Source: Auanema rhodensis
Taxonomy: Eukaryota; Animalia; Nematoda
DNA length: 64,000 bases
Direction of reading: 5' to 3'
NCBI GenBank assembly: GCA_964057225.1
Contig: OZ059898.1
Location: 19,096,001-19,160,000 of the forward strand
In this document: positions 27,651 to 41,299 of the stretch, piece after piece
Numbering within the stretch: the stretch's first letter is position 1
Layout of the letters: every line of letters starts with the position of its first letter
Made by a program: the position numbers and the translations under genes
The notes under the pieces: generated by a model
The model's input: the letters and a program-made list of their open reading frames with translations, nothing else
What the model was told of the DNA's origin: nothing
Databases searched by the model: none

Positions 27651-30600
27651 GAAATAATTTTTTCGTTGAATAACATTGTCCATCGTCTTTGCCTTGAAAA
27701 AAGGAATCTAAAAACATCTACTTTTTGCTAAATTATTTTGAAATTTTTCGAAAAAATTTTTGTCAAAATGTTTTTGGAAGCAATGTTGAGTGTACATGGA
27801 AACTCAACATACACTAATGCATCATTTTTCAAACGATGATAACTAATTTTTGTATTAAGCGTTTCTCAATGTAGTATAGTGCATTCGATGCGGATTTGTA
27901 AGCTGCGTCGATCTGTGTTATCAGATTTGCGCTAGCTTAAAAATGCACCGAGATATCAACTGATATAAGTTCACACTTATATCCTCGATTTTCACCCTGA
28001 AGAATTAATTTTTTCGTTGAATAACAATGTCCATCGTCTTTGCCTTGAAAAAAGGAATCTAAAAACATCTACTTTTTGCTAAATTATTTTGAAATTTTTC
28101 GAAAAAATTTTTGTCAAAATGTTTTTGGAAGCAATGTTGAGTGTACATGGAAACTCAACATACACTAATGCACCATTTTTCAAACGATCATAACTAATTT
28201 TTGTATTAAGCGTTTCTCAATGTAGTATAGTGCATTCGATGCGCATTTTTAAGCTGCGTCGATCTGTGTTATCAGATTTGCGCTAGCTTAAAAATGCACC
28301 GAGATATCAACTGATATAAGTTCACACTTATATCCTCGATTTTCACCGTGAAGATTTAATTTTTTCGTTGAATAACATTGTCCATTGTCTTTGCCTTGAA
28401 AAAAGGAATCTAAAAACATCTACTTTTTGCTAAATTATTTTGAAATTTTTCGAAAAAATTTTTGTCAAAATGTTTTTGGAAGCAATGTTGAGTGTACATG
28501 GAAACTCAACATACACTAATGCATCATTTTTCAAACGATCATAACTAATTTTTGTATTAAGCGTTTCTCAATGTAGTATAGTGCATTCGATGCGGATTTT
28601 TAAGCTGCGTCGATCTGTGTTATCAGATTTGCGCTAGCTTAAAAATGCACCGAGATATCAACTGATATAAGTTCACACTTATATCCTCGATTTTCACCCT
28701 GAAGAATTAATTTTTTCGTTGAATAACATTGTCCATCGTCTTTGCCTTGAAAAAAGGAATCTAAAAACATCTACTTTTTGCTAAATTATTTTGAAGTTTT
28801 TCGAAAAAATTTTTGTCAAAATGTTTTTGGAAGCAATGTTGAGTGTACATGGAAACTCAACATACACTAATGCATCATTTTTCAAACGATCATAACTAAT
28901 TTTTGTATTAAGCGTTTCTCAATGTAGTATAGTGCATTCGATGCGGATTTTTAAGCTGCGTCGATCTGTGTTATCAGATTTGCGCTAGCTTAAAAATGCA
29001 CCGAGATATCAACTGATATAAGTTCACACTTATATCCTCGATTTTCACCCTGAAGAATTAATTTTTTCGTTGAATAACATTGTCCATCGTCTTTGCCTTG
29101 AAAAAAGGAATCTAAAAACATCTACTTTTTGCTAAATTATTTTGAAATTTTTCGAAAAAATTTTTGTCAAAATGTTTTTGGAAGCAATGTTGAGTGTACA
29201 TGGAAACTCAACATACACTAATGCATCATTTTTTAAACGATCATAACTAATTTTTGTATTAAGCGTTTCTCAATGTAGTATAGTGCATTCGATGCGGATT
29301 TTTAAGCTGCGTCGATCTGTGTTATCAGATTTGCGCTAGCTTAAAAATGCACCGAGACATCAACTGATATAAGTTCACACTTATATCCTCGATTTTCACC
29401 CTGAAGAAATAATTTTTTCGTTGAATAACATTGTCCATCGTCTTTGCCTTGAAAAAAGGAATCTAAAAACATCTACTTTTTGCTAAATTATTCTGAAATT
29501 TTTCGAAAAAATTTTTGTCAAAATGTTTTTGGAAGCAATGTTGAGTGTACATGGAAACTCAACATACACTAATGCACCATTTTTCAAACGATCATAACTA
29601 ATTTTTGTATTAAGCGTTTCTCAATGTAGTATAGTGCATTCGATGCGGATTTTTAAGCTGCGTCGATCTGTGTTATCAGATTTGCGCTAGCTTAAAAATG
29701 CACCGAGATATCAACTGATATAAGTTCACACTTATATCCTCGATTTTCACCCTGAAGATTTAATTTTTTCGTTGAATAACATTGTCCATCGTCTTTGCCT
29801 TGAAAAAAGGAATCTAAAAACATCTACTTTTTGCTAAATTATTTTGAAATTTTTCGAAAAAATTTTTGTCAAAATGTTTTTGGAAGCAATGTTGAGTGTA
29901 CATGGAAACTCAACATACACTAATGCACCATTTTTCAAACGATCATAACTAATTTTTGTATTAAGCGTTTCTCAATGTAGTATAGTGCATTCGATGCGGA
30001 TTTTTAAGCTGCGTCGATCTGTGTTATCAGATTTGCGCTAGCTTAAAAATGCACCGAGATATCAACTGATATAAGTTCACACTTATATCCTCGATTTTCA
30101 CCCTGAAGAAATAATTTTTTCGTTGAATAACATTGTCCATCGTCTTTGCCTTGAAAAAAGAAATCTAAAAACATCTACTTTTTGCTAAATTATTTTGAAA
30201 TTTTTCGAAAAAATTTTTGTCAAAATGTTTTTGGAAGCAATGTTGAGTGTACATGGAAACTCAACATACACTAATGCATCATTTTTCAAACGATCATAAC
30301 TAATTTTTGTATTAAGCGTTTCTCAATGTAGTATAGTGCATTCGATGCGGATTTTTAAGCTGCGTCGATCTGTGTTATCAGATTTGCGCTAGCTTAAAAA
30401 TGCACCGAGACATCAACTGATATAAGTTCACACTTATATCCTCGATTTTCACCCTGAAGAATTAATTTTTTCGTTGAATAACATTGTCCATCGTCTTTGC
30501 CTTGAAAAAAGAAATCTAAAAACATTTACTTTTTGCTAAATTATTCTGAAATTTTTCGAAAAAATTTTTGTCAAAATGTTTTTGGAAGCAATGTTGAGTG

Positions 30601-33600
30601 TACATGGAAACTCAACATACACTAATGCATCATTTTTCGAACGATCATAACTAATTTTTGTATTAAGCGTTTCTCAATGTAGTATAGTGCATTCGATGCG
30701 GATTTTTAAGCTGCGTCGATCTGTGTTATCAGATTTGCGCTAGCTTAAAAATGCACCGAGATATCAACTGATATAAGTTCACACTTATATCCTCGATTTT
30801 CACCCTGAAGATTTAATTTTTTCGTTGAATAACATTGTCCATCGTCTTTGCCTTGAAAAAAGGAATCTAAAAACATCTACTTTTTGCTAAATTATTTTGA
30901 AATTTTTCGAAAAAATTTTTGTCAAAATGTTTTTGGAAGCAATGTTGAGTGTACATGGAAACTCAACATACACTAATGCACCATTTTTCAAACGATCATA
31001 ACTAATTTTTGTATTAAGCGTTTCTCAATGTAGTATAGTGCATTCGATGCGGATTTTTAAGCTGCGTCGATCTGTGTTATCAGATTTGCGCTAGCTTAAA
31101 AATGCACCGAGATATCAACTGATATAAGTTCACACTTATATCCTCGATTTTCACCCTGAAGAAATAATTTTTTCGTTGAATAACATTGTCCATCGTCTTT
31201 GCCTTGAAAAAAGGAATCTAAAAACATCTACTTTTTGCTAAATTATTTTGAAATTTTTCGAAAAAATTTTTGTCAAAATGTTTTTGGAAGCAATGTTGAG
31301 TGTACATGGAAACTCAACATACACTAATGCATCATTTTTCAAACGATCATAACTAATTTTTGTATTAAGCGTTTCTCAATGTAGTATAGTGCATTCGATG
31401 CGGATTTTTAAGCTGCGTCGATCTGTGTTATCAGATTTGCGCTAGCTTAAAAATGCACCGAGACATCAACTGATATAAGTTCACACTTATATCCTCGATT
31501 TTCACCCTGAAGAATTAATTTTTTCGTTGAATGACATTGTCCATCGTCTTTGCCTTGAAAAAAGGAATCTAAAAACATCTAATTTTTGCTAAATTATCCT
31601 GAAATTTTTCGAAAAAATTTTTGTCAAAATGTTTTTGGAAGCAATGTTGAGTGTACATGGAAACTCAACATACACTAATGCATCATTTTTCAAACGATCA
31701 TAACTAATTTTTGTATTACGCGTTTCTCAATGTAGTATAGTGCATTCGATGCGGATTTTTAAGCTGCGTCGATCTGTGTTATCAGATTTGCGCTAGCTTA
31801 AAAATGCACCGAGATATCAACTGATATAAGTTCACACTTATATCCTCGATTTTCACCCTGAAGAATTAATTTTTTCGTTGAATAACATTGTCCATCGTCT
31901 TTGCCTTGAAAAAAGGAATCTAAAAACATCTAATTTTTGCTAAATTATCCTGAAATTTTTCGAAAAAATTTTTGTCAAAATGTTTTTGGAAGCAATGTTG
32001 AGTGTACATGGAAACTCAACATACACTAATGCATCATTTTTCAAACGATCATAACTAATTTTTGTATTACGCGTTTCTCAATGTAGTATAGTGCATTCGA
32101 TGCGGATTTTTAAGCTGCGTCGATCTGTGTTATCAGATTTGCGCTAGCTTAAAAATGCACCGAGATATCAACTGATATAAGTTCACACTTATATCCTCGA
32201 TTTTCACCCTGAAGAATTAATTTTTTCGTTGAATAACATTGTCCATCGTCTTTGCCTTGAAAAAAGGAATCTAAAAACATCTAATTTTTGCTAAATTATC
32301 CTGAAATTTTTCGAAAAAATTTTTGTCAAAATGTTTTTGGAAGCAATGTTGAGTGTACATGGAAACTCAACATACACTAATGCATCATTTTTCAAACGAT
32401 CATAACTAATTTTTGTATTAAGCGTTTCTCAATGTAGTATAGTGCATTCGATGCGGATTTTTAAGCTGCGTCGATCTGTGTTATCAGATTTGCGCTAGCT
32501 TAAAAATGCACCGAGATATCAACTGATATAAGTTCACACTTATATCCTCGATTTTCACCCTGAAGATTTAATTTTTTCGTTGAATAACATTGTCCATCGT
32601 CTTTGCCTTGAAAAAAGAAATCTAAAAACATCTACTTTTTGCTAAATTATTTTGAAATTTTTCGAAAAAATTTTTGTCAAAATGTTTTTGGAAGCAATGT
32701 TGAGTGTACATGGAAACTCAACATACACTAATGCATCATTTTTCAAACGATCATAACTAATTTTTGTATTAAGCGTTTCTCAATGTAGTATAGTGCATTC
32801 GATGCGGATTTTTAAGCTGCGTCGATCTGTGTTATCAGATTTGCGCTAGCTTAAAAATGCACCGAGATATCAACTGATATAAGTTCACACTTATATCCTC
32901 GATTTTCACCCTGAAGATTTAATTTTTTCGTTGAATAACATTGTCCATCGTCTTTGCCTTGAAAAAAGAAATCTAAAAACATCTACTTTTTGCTAAATTA
33001 TTTTGAAATTTTTCGAAAAAATTTTTGTCAAAATGTTTTTGGAAGCAATGTTGAGTGTACATGGAAACTCAACATACACTAATGCACCATTTTTCAAACG
33101 ATCATAACTAATTTTTGTATTAAGCGTTTCTCAATGTAGTATAGTGCATTCGATGCGCATTTTTAAGCTGCGTCGATCTGTGTTATCAGATTTGCGCTAG
33201 CTTAAAAATGCACCGAGATATCAACTGATATAAGTTCACACTTATATCCTCGATTTTCACCCTGAAGAATTAATTTTTTCGTTGAATAACATTGTCCATC
33301 GTCTTTGCCTTGAAAAAAGGAATCTAAAAACATCTAATTTTTGCTAAATTATCCTGAAATTTTTCGAAAAAATTTTTGTCAAAATGTTTTTGGAAGCAAT
33401 GTTGAGTGTACATGGAAACTCAACATACACTAATGCATCATTTTTCAAACGATCATAACTAATTTTTGTATTACGCGTTTCTCAATGTAGTATAGTGCAT
33501 TCGATGCGGATTTTTAAGCTGCGTCGATCTGTGTTATCAGATTTGCGCTAGCTTAAAAATGCACCGAGATATCAACTGATATAAGTTCACACTTATATCC

Positions 33601-35799
33601 TCGATTTTCACCCTGAAGAATTAATTTTTTCGTTGAATAACATTGTCCATCGTCTTTGCCTTGAAAAAAGGAATCTAAAAACATCTAATTTTTGCTAAAT
33701 TATCCTGAAATTTTTCGAAAAAATTTTTGTCAAAATGTTTTTGGAAGCAATGTTGAGTGTACATGGAAACTCAACAAACACTAATGCATCATTTTTCAAA
33801 CGATCATAACTAATTTTTGTATTAAGCGTTTCTCAATGTAGTATAGTGCATTCGATGCGGATTTTTAAGCTGCGTCGATCTGTGTTATCAGATTTGCGCT
33901 AGCTTAAAAATGCACCGAGACATCAACTGATATAAGTTCACACTTATATCCTCGATTTTCACCCTGAAGAAATAATTTTTTCGTTGAATAACATTGTCCA
34001 TCGTCTTTGTCTTGAAAAAAGGAATCTAAAAACATCTACTTTTTGCTAAATTATTTTGAAATTTTTCGAAAATATTTTTGTCAAAATGTTTTTGGAAGCA
34101 ATGTTGAGTGTACATGGAAACTCAACATACACTAATGCACCATTTTTCAAACGATCATAACTAATTTTTGTATTAAGCGTTTCTCAATGTAGTATAGTGC
34201 ATTCGATGCGGATTTTTAAGCTGCGTCGATCTGTGTTATCAGATTCGCGCTAGCTTAAAAATGCACCGAGATATCAACTGATATAAGTTCACACTTATAT
34301 CCTCGATTTTCACCCTAAAGAATTAATTTTTTCGTTGAATAACATTGTCCATCGTCTTTGCCTTGAAAAAAGGAATCTAAAAACATCTAATTTTTGCTAA
34401 ATTATCCTGAAATTTTTCGAAAAAATTTTTGTCAAAATGTTTTTGGAAGCAATGTTGAGTGTACATGGAAACTCAACATACACTAATGCATCATTTTTCA
34501 AACGATCATAACTAATTTTTGTATTACGCGTTTCTCAATGTAGTATAGTGCATTCGATGCGGATTTTTAAGCTGCGTCGATCTGTGTTATCAGATTTGCG
34601 CTAGCTTAAAAATGCACCGAGATATCAACTGATATAAGTTCACACTTATATCCTCGATTTTCACCCTGAAGAATTAATTTTTTCGTTGAATAACATTGTC
34701 CATCGTCTTTGCCTTGAAAAAAGGAATCTAAAAACATCTAATTTTTGCTAAATTATCCTGAAATTTTTCGAAAAAATTTTTGTCAAAATGTTTTTGGAAG
34801 CAATGTTGAGTGTACATGGAAACTCAACATACACTAATGCATCATTTTTCAAACGATCATAACTAATTTTTGTATTACGCGTTTCTCAATGTAGTATAGT
34901 GCATTCGATGCGGATTTTTAAGCTGCGTCGATCTGTGTTATCAGATTTGCGCTAGCTTAAAAATGCACCGAGATATCAACTGATATAAGTTCACACTTAT
35001 ATCCTCGATTTTCACCCTGAAGATTTAATTTTTTCGTTGAATAACATTGTCCATCGTCTTTGCCTTGAAAAAAGAAATCTAAAAACATCTACTTTTTGCT
35101 AAATTATTTTGAAATTTTTCGAAAAAATTTTTGTCAAAATGTTTTTGGAAGCAATGTTGAGTGTACATGGAAACTCAACATACACTAATGCATCATTTTT
35201 CAAACGATCATAACTAATTTTTGTATTAAGCGTTTCTCAATGTAGTATAGTGCATTCGATGCGGATTTTTAAGCTGCGTCGATCTGTGTTATCAGATTTG
35301 CGCTAGCTTAAAAATGCACCGAGATATCAACTGATATAAGTTCACACTTATATCCTCGATTTTCACCCTGAAGATTTAATTTTTTCGTTGAATAACATTG
35401 TCCATCGTCTTTGCCTTGAAAAAAGAAATCTAAAAACATCTACTTTTTGCTAAATTATTTTGAAATTTTTCGAAAAAATTTTTGTCAAAATGTTTTTGGA
35501 AGCAATGTTGAGTGTACATGGAAACTCAACATACACTAATGCACCATTTTTCAAACGATCATAACTAATTTTTGTATTAAGCGTTTCTCAATGTAGTATA
35601 GTGCATTCGATGCGGATTTTTAAGCTGCGTCGATCTGTGTTATCAGATTTGCGCTAGCTTAAAAATGCACCGAGATATCAACTGATATAAGTTCACACTT
35701 ATATCCTCGATTTTCACCCTAAAGAATTAATTTTTTCGTTGAATAACATTGTCCATCGTCTTTGCCTTGAAAAAAGGAATCTAAAAACATCTAATTTTT

Positions 35800-38700
35800 G
35801 CTAAATTATCCTGAAATTTTTCGAAAAAATTTTTGTCAAAATGTTTTTGGAAGCAATGTTGAGTGTACATGGAAACTCAACATACACTAATGCATCATTT
35901 TTCAAACGATCATAACTAATTTTTGTATTACGCGTTTCTCAATGTAGTATAGTGCATTCGATGCGGATTTTTAAGCTGCGTCGATCTGTGTTATCAGATT
36001 TGCGCTAGCTTAAAAATGCACCGAGATATCAACTGATATAAGTTCACACTTATATCCTCGATTTTCACCCTGAAGAATTAATTTTTTCGTTGAATAACAT
36101 TGTCCATCGTCTTTGCCTTGAAAAAAGGAATCTAAAAACATCTAATTTTTGCTAAATTATCCTGAAATTTTTCGAAAAAATTTTTGTCAAAATGTTTTTG
36201 GAAGCAATGTTGAGTGTACATGGAAACTCAACATACACTAATGCATCATTTTTCAAACGATCATAACTAATTTTTGTATTACGCGTTTCTCAATGTAGTA
36301 TAGTGCATTCGATGCGGATTTTTAAGCTGCGTCGATCTGTGTTATCAGATTTGCGCTAGCTTAAAAATGCACCGAGATATCAACTGATATAAGTTCACAC
36401 TTATATCCTCGATTTTCACCCTGAAGATTTAATTTTTTCGTTGAATAACATTGTCCATCGTCTTTGCCTTGAAAAAAGAAATCTAAAAACATCTACTTTT
36501 TGCTAAATTATTTTGAAATTTTTCGAAAAAATTTTTGTCAAAATGTTTTTGGAAGCAATGTTGAGTGTACATGGAAACTCAACATACACTAATGCATCAT
36601 TTTTCAAACGATCATAACTAATTTTTGTATTAAGCGTTTCTCAATGTAGTATAGTGCATTCGATGCGGATTTTTAAGCTGCGTCGATCTGTGTTATCAGA
36701 TTTGCGCTAGCTTAAAAATGCACCGAGATATCAACTGATATAAGTTCACACTTATATCCTCGATTTTCACCCTGAAGATTTAATTTTTTCGTTGAATAAC
36801 ATTGTCCATCGTCTTTGCCTTGAAAAAAGAAATCTAAAAACATCTACTTTTTGCTAAATTATTTTGAAATTTTTCGAAAAAATTTTTGTCAAAATGTTTT
36901 TGGAAGCAATGTTGAGTGTACATGGAAACTCAACATACACTAATGCACCATTTTTCAAACGATCATAACTAATTTTTGTATTAAGCGTTTCTCAATGTAG
37001 TATAGTGCATTCGATGCGCATTTTTAAGCTGCGTCGATCTGTGTTATCAGATTTGCGCTAGCTTAAAAATGCACCGAGATATCAACTGATATAAGTTCAC
37101 ACTTATATCCTCGATTTTCACCCTGAAGAAATAATTTTTTCGTTGAATAACATTGTCCATCGTCTTTGCCTTGAAAAAATGAATCTAAAAACATCTACTT
37201 TTTGCTAAATTATTTTGAAATTTTTCGAAAAAATTTTTGTCAAAATGTTTTTGGAAGCAATGTTGAGTGTACATGGAAACTCAACATACACTAATGCATC
37301 ATTTTTCAAACGATCATAACTAATTTTTGTATTAAGCGTTTCTCAATGTAGTATAGTGCATTCGATGCGCATTTTTAAGCTGCGTCGATCTGTGTAATCA
37401 GATTTGCGCTAGCTTAAAAATGCACCGAGATATCAACTGATATAAGTTCACACTTATATCCTCGATTTTCACCCTGAAGATTTAATTTTTTCGTTGAATA
37501 ACATTGTCCATCGTCTTTGCCTTGAAAAAAGAAATCTAAACTCATCTACTTTTTGCTAAATTATTTTGAAATTTTTCGAAAAAATTTTTGTCAAAATGTT
37601 TTTGGAAGCAATGTTGAGTGTACATGGAAACTCAACATACACTAATGCACCATTTTTCAAACGATCATAACTAATTTTTGTAATAAGCGTTTCTCAATGT
37701 AGTATAGTGCATTCGATGCGCATTTTAAAGCTGCGTCGATCTGTGTTATCAGATTTGCGCTAGCTTAAAAATGCACCGAGATATCAACTGATATAAGTTC
37801 ACACTTATATCCTCGATTTTCACCCTGAAGAAATAATTTTTTCGTTGAATAACATTGTCCATCGTCTTTGCCTTGAAAAAAGGAATCTAAAAACATCTAC
37901 TTTTTGCTAAATTATTTTGAAATTTTTCGAAAAAATTTTTGTCAAAATGTTTTTGGAAGCAATGTTGAGTGTACATGGAAACTCAACATACACTAATGCA
38001 TCATTTTTCAAACGATCATAACTAATTTTTGTATTACGCGTTTCTCAATGTAGTATAGTGCATTCGATGCGGATTTTTAAGCTGCGTCGATCTGTGTTAT
38101 CAGATTTGCGCTAGCTTAAAAATGCACCGAGATATCAACTGATATAAGTTCACACTTATATCCTCGATTTTCACCCTGAAGAATTAATTTTTTCGTTGAA
38201 TAACATTGTCCATCGTCTTTGCCTTGAAAAAAGGAATCTAAAAACATCTAATTTTTGCTAAATTATCCTGAAATTTTTCGAAAAAATTTTTGTCAAAATG
38301 TTTTTGGAAGCAATGTTGAGTGTACATGGAAACTCAACATACACTAATGCATCATTTTTCAAACGATCATAACTAATTTTTGTATTAAGCGTTTCTCAAT
38401 GTAGTATAGTGCATTCGATGCGGATTTTTAAGCTGCGTCGATCTGTGTTATCAGATTTGCGCTAGCTTAAAAATGCACCGAGATATCAACTGATATAAGT
38501 TCACACTTATATCCTCGATTTTCACCCTGAAGAATTAATTTTTTCGTTGAATAACATTGTCCATCGTCTTTGCCTTGAAAAAAGGAATCTAAAAACATCT
38601 AATTTTTGCTAAATTATCCTGAAATTTTTCGAAAAAATTTTTGTCAAAATGTTTTTGGAAGCAATGTTGAGTGTACATGGAAACTCAACATACACTAATG

Positions 38701-40480
38701 CATCATTTTTCAAACGATCATAACTAATTTTTGTATTACGCGTTTCTCAATGTAGTATAGTGCATTCGATGCGGATTTTTAAGCTGCGTCGATCTGTGTT
38801 ATCAGATTTGCGCTAGCTTAAAAATGCACCGAGATATCAACTGATATAAGTTCACACTTATATCCTCGATTTTCACCCTGAAGATTTAATTTTTTCGTTG
38901 AATAACATTGTCCATCGTCTTTGCCTTGAAAAAAGAAATCTAAAAACATCTACTTTTTGCTAAATTATTTTGAAATTTTTCGAAAAAATTTTTGTCAAAA
39001 TGTTTTTGGAAGCAATGTTGAGTGTACATGGAAACTCAACATACACTAATGCATCATTTTTCAAACGATCATAACTAATTTTTGTATTAAGCGTTTCTCA
39101 ATGTAGTATAGTGCATTCGATGCGGATTTTTAAGCTGCGTCGATCTGTGTTATCAGATTTGCGCTAGCTTAAAAATGCACCGAGATATCAACTGATATAA
39201 GTTCACACTTATATCCTCGATTTTCACCCTGAAGATTTAATTTTTTCGTTGAATAACATTGTCCATCGTCTTTGCCTTGAAAAAAGAAATCTAAAAACAT
39301 CTACTTTTTGCTAAATTATTTTGAAATTTTTCGAAAAAATTTTTGTCAAAATGTTTTTGGAAGCAATGTTGAGTGTACATGGAAACTCAACATACACTAA
39401 TGCACCATTTTTCAAACGATCATAACTAATTTTTGTATTAAGCGTTTCTCAATGTAGTATAGTGCATTCGATGCGCATTTTTAAGCTGCGTCGATCTGTG
39501 TTATCAGATTTGCGCTAGCTTAAAAATGCACCGAGATATCAACTGATATAAGTTCACACTTATATCCTCGATTTTCACCCTGAAGAAATAATTTTTTCGT
39601 TGAATAACATTGTCCATCGTCTTTGCCTTGAAAAAAGGAATCTAAAAACATCTACTTTTTGCTAAATTATTTTGAAATTTTTCGAAAAAATTTTTGTCAA
39701 AATGTTTTTGGAAGCAATGTTGAGTGTACATGGAAACTCAACATACACTAATGCATCATTTTTCAAACGATCATAACTAATTTTTGTATTAAGCGTTTCT
39801 CAATGTAGTATAGTGCATTCGATGCGCATTTTTAAGCTGCGTCGATCTGTGTAATCAGATTTGCGCTAGCTTAAAAATGCACCGAGATATCAACTGATAT
39901 AAGTTCACACTTATATCCTCAATTTTCACCCTGAAGATTTAATTTTTTCGTTGAATAACCTTGTCCATCGTCTTTGCCTTGAAAAAAGAAATCTAAAAAC
40001 ATCTACTTTTTGCTAAATTATTTTGAAATTTTTCGAAAAAATTTTTGTCAAAATGTTTTTGGAAGCAATGTTGAGTGTACATGGAAACTCAACATACACT
40101 AATGCACCATTTTTCAAACGATCATAACTAATTTTTGTAATAAGCGTTTCTCAATGTAGTATAGTGCATTCGATGCGCATTTTTAAGCTGCGTCGATTTG
40201 TGTTATCAGATTTGCGCTAGCTTGAAAATGCACCGAGATATCAACTGATATAAGTTCACACTTATATCCTCGATTTTCACCCTGAAGAAATAATTTTTTC
40301 GTTGAATAACATTGTCCATCGTCTTTGCCTTGAAAAAAGGAATCTAAAAACATCTACTTTTTGCTAAATTATTTTGAAATTTTTCGAAAAAATTTTTGTC
40401 AAAATGTTTTTGGAAGCAATGTTGAGTGTACATGGAAACTCAACATACACTAATGCACCATTTTTCAAACGATCATAACT
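35800..40480. repeat. Second, more diverged 7-monomer (2457-bp) duplication
   Basis: tgtgtAatc at 37396/39853, gtaAtaag at 37683/40140, and ctaAttttt..tatCCtg pairs at 35793/38250 and 36144/38601. Confidence 0.8.
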
Positions 40481-41299
40481 AATTTTTGTATTACGCGTTT
40501 CTCAATGTAGTATAGTGCATTCGATGCGGATTTTTAAGCTGCGTCGATCTGTGTTATCAGATTTGCGCTAGCTTAAAAATGCACCGAGATATCAACTGAT
40601 ATAAGTTCACACTTATATCCTCGATTTTCACCCTGAAGATTTAAATTTTTCGTTGAATAACATTGTCCATTGTCTTTGCCTTAAAAAAAGGAATCTAAAA
40701 ACATCTACTTTTTGCTAAATTATTTTGAAATTTTTCGAAAAAATTTTTGTCAAAATGTTTTTGGAAGCAATGTTGAGTGTACATGGAAACTCAACATACA
40801 CTAATGCATCATTTTTCAAACGATCATAACTAATTTTTGTATTAAGCGTTTCTCAATGTAGTATAGTGCATTCGATGCGGATTCTTAAGCTGCGTCGATC
40901 TGTGTTATCAGATTTGCGCTAGCTTAAAAATGCACCGAGATATCAACTGATATAAGTTCACACTTATATCCTCGATTTTCACCCTGAAGAATTAATTTTT
41001 TCGTTGAATAACAATGTCCATCGTCTTTGCCTTGAAAAAAGGAATCTAAAAACATCTAATTTTTGCTAAATTATTTTGAAATTTTTCGAAAAAATTTTTG
41101 TCAAAATGTTTTTGGAAGCAATGTTGAGTGTACATAGAAACTCAACATACACTAATGCATCATTTTTCAAACGATCATAACTAATTTTTGTATTACGCGT
41201 TTCTCAATGTAGTATAGTGCATTCGATGCGCATTTTTAAGCTGCGTCGATCTGTGTTATCAGATTTGCGCTAGCTTAAAAATGCACCGAGATATCAACT

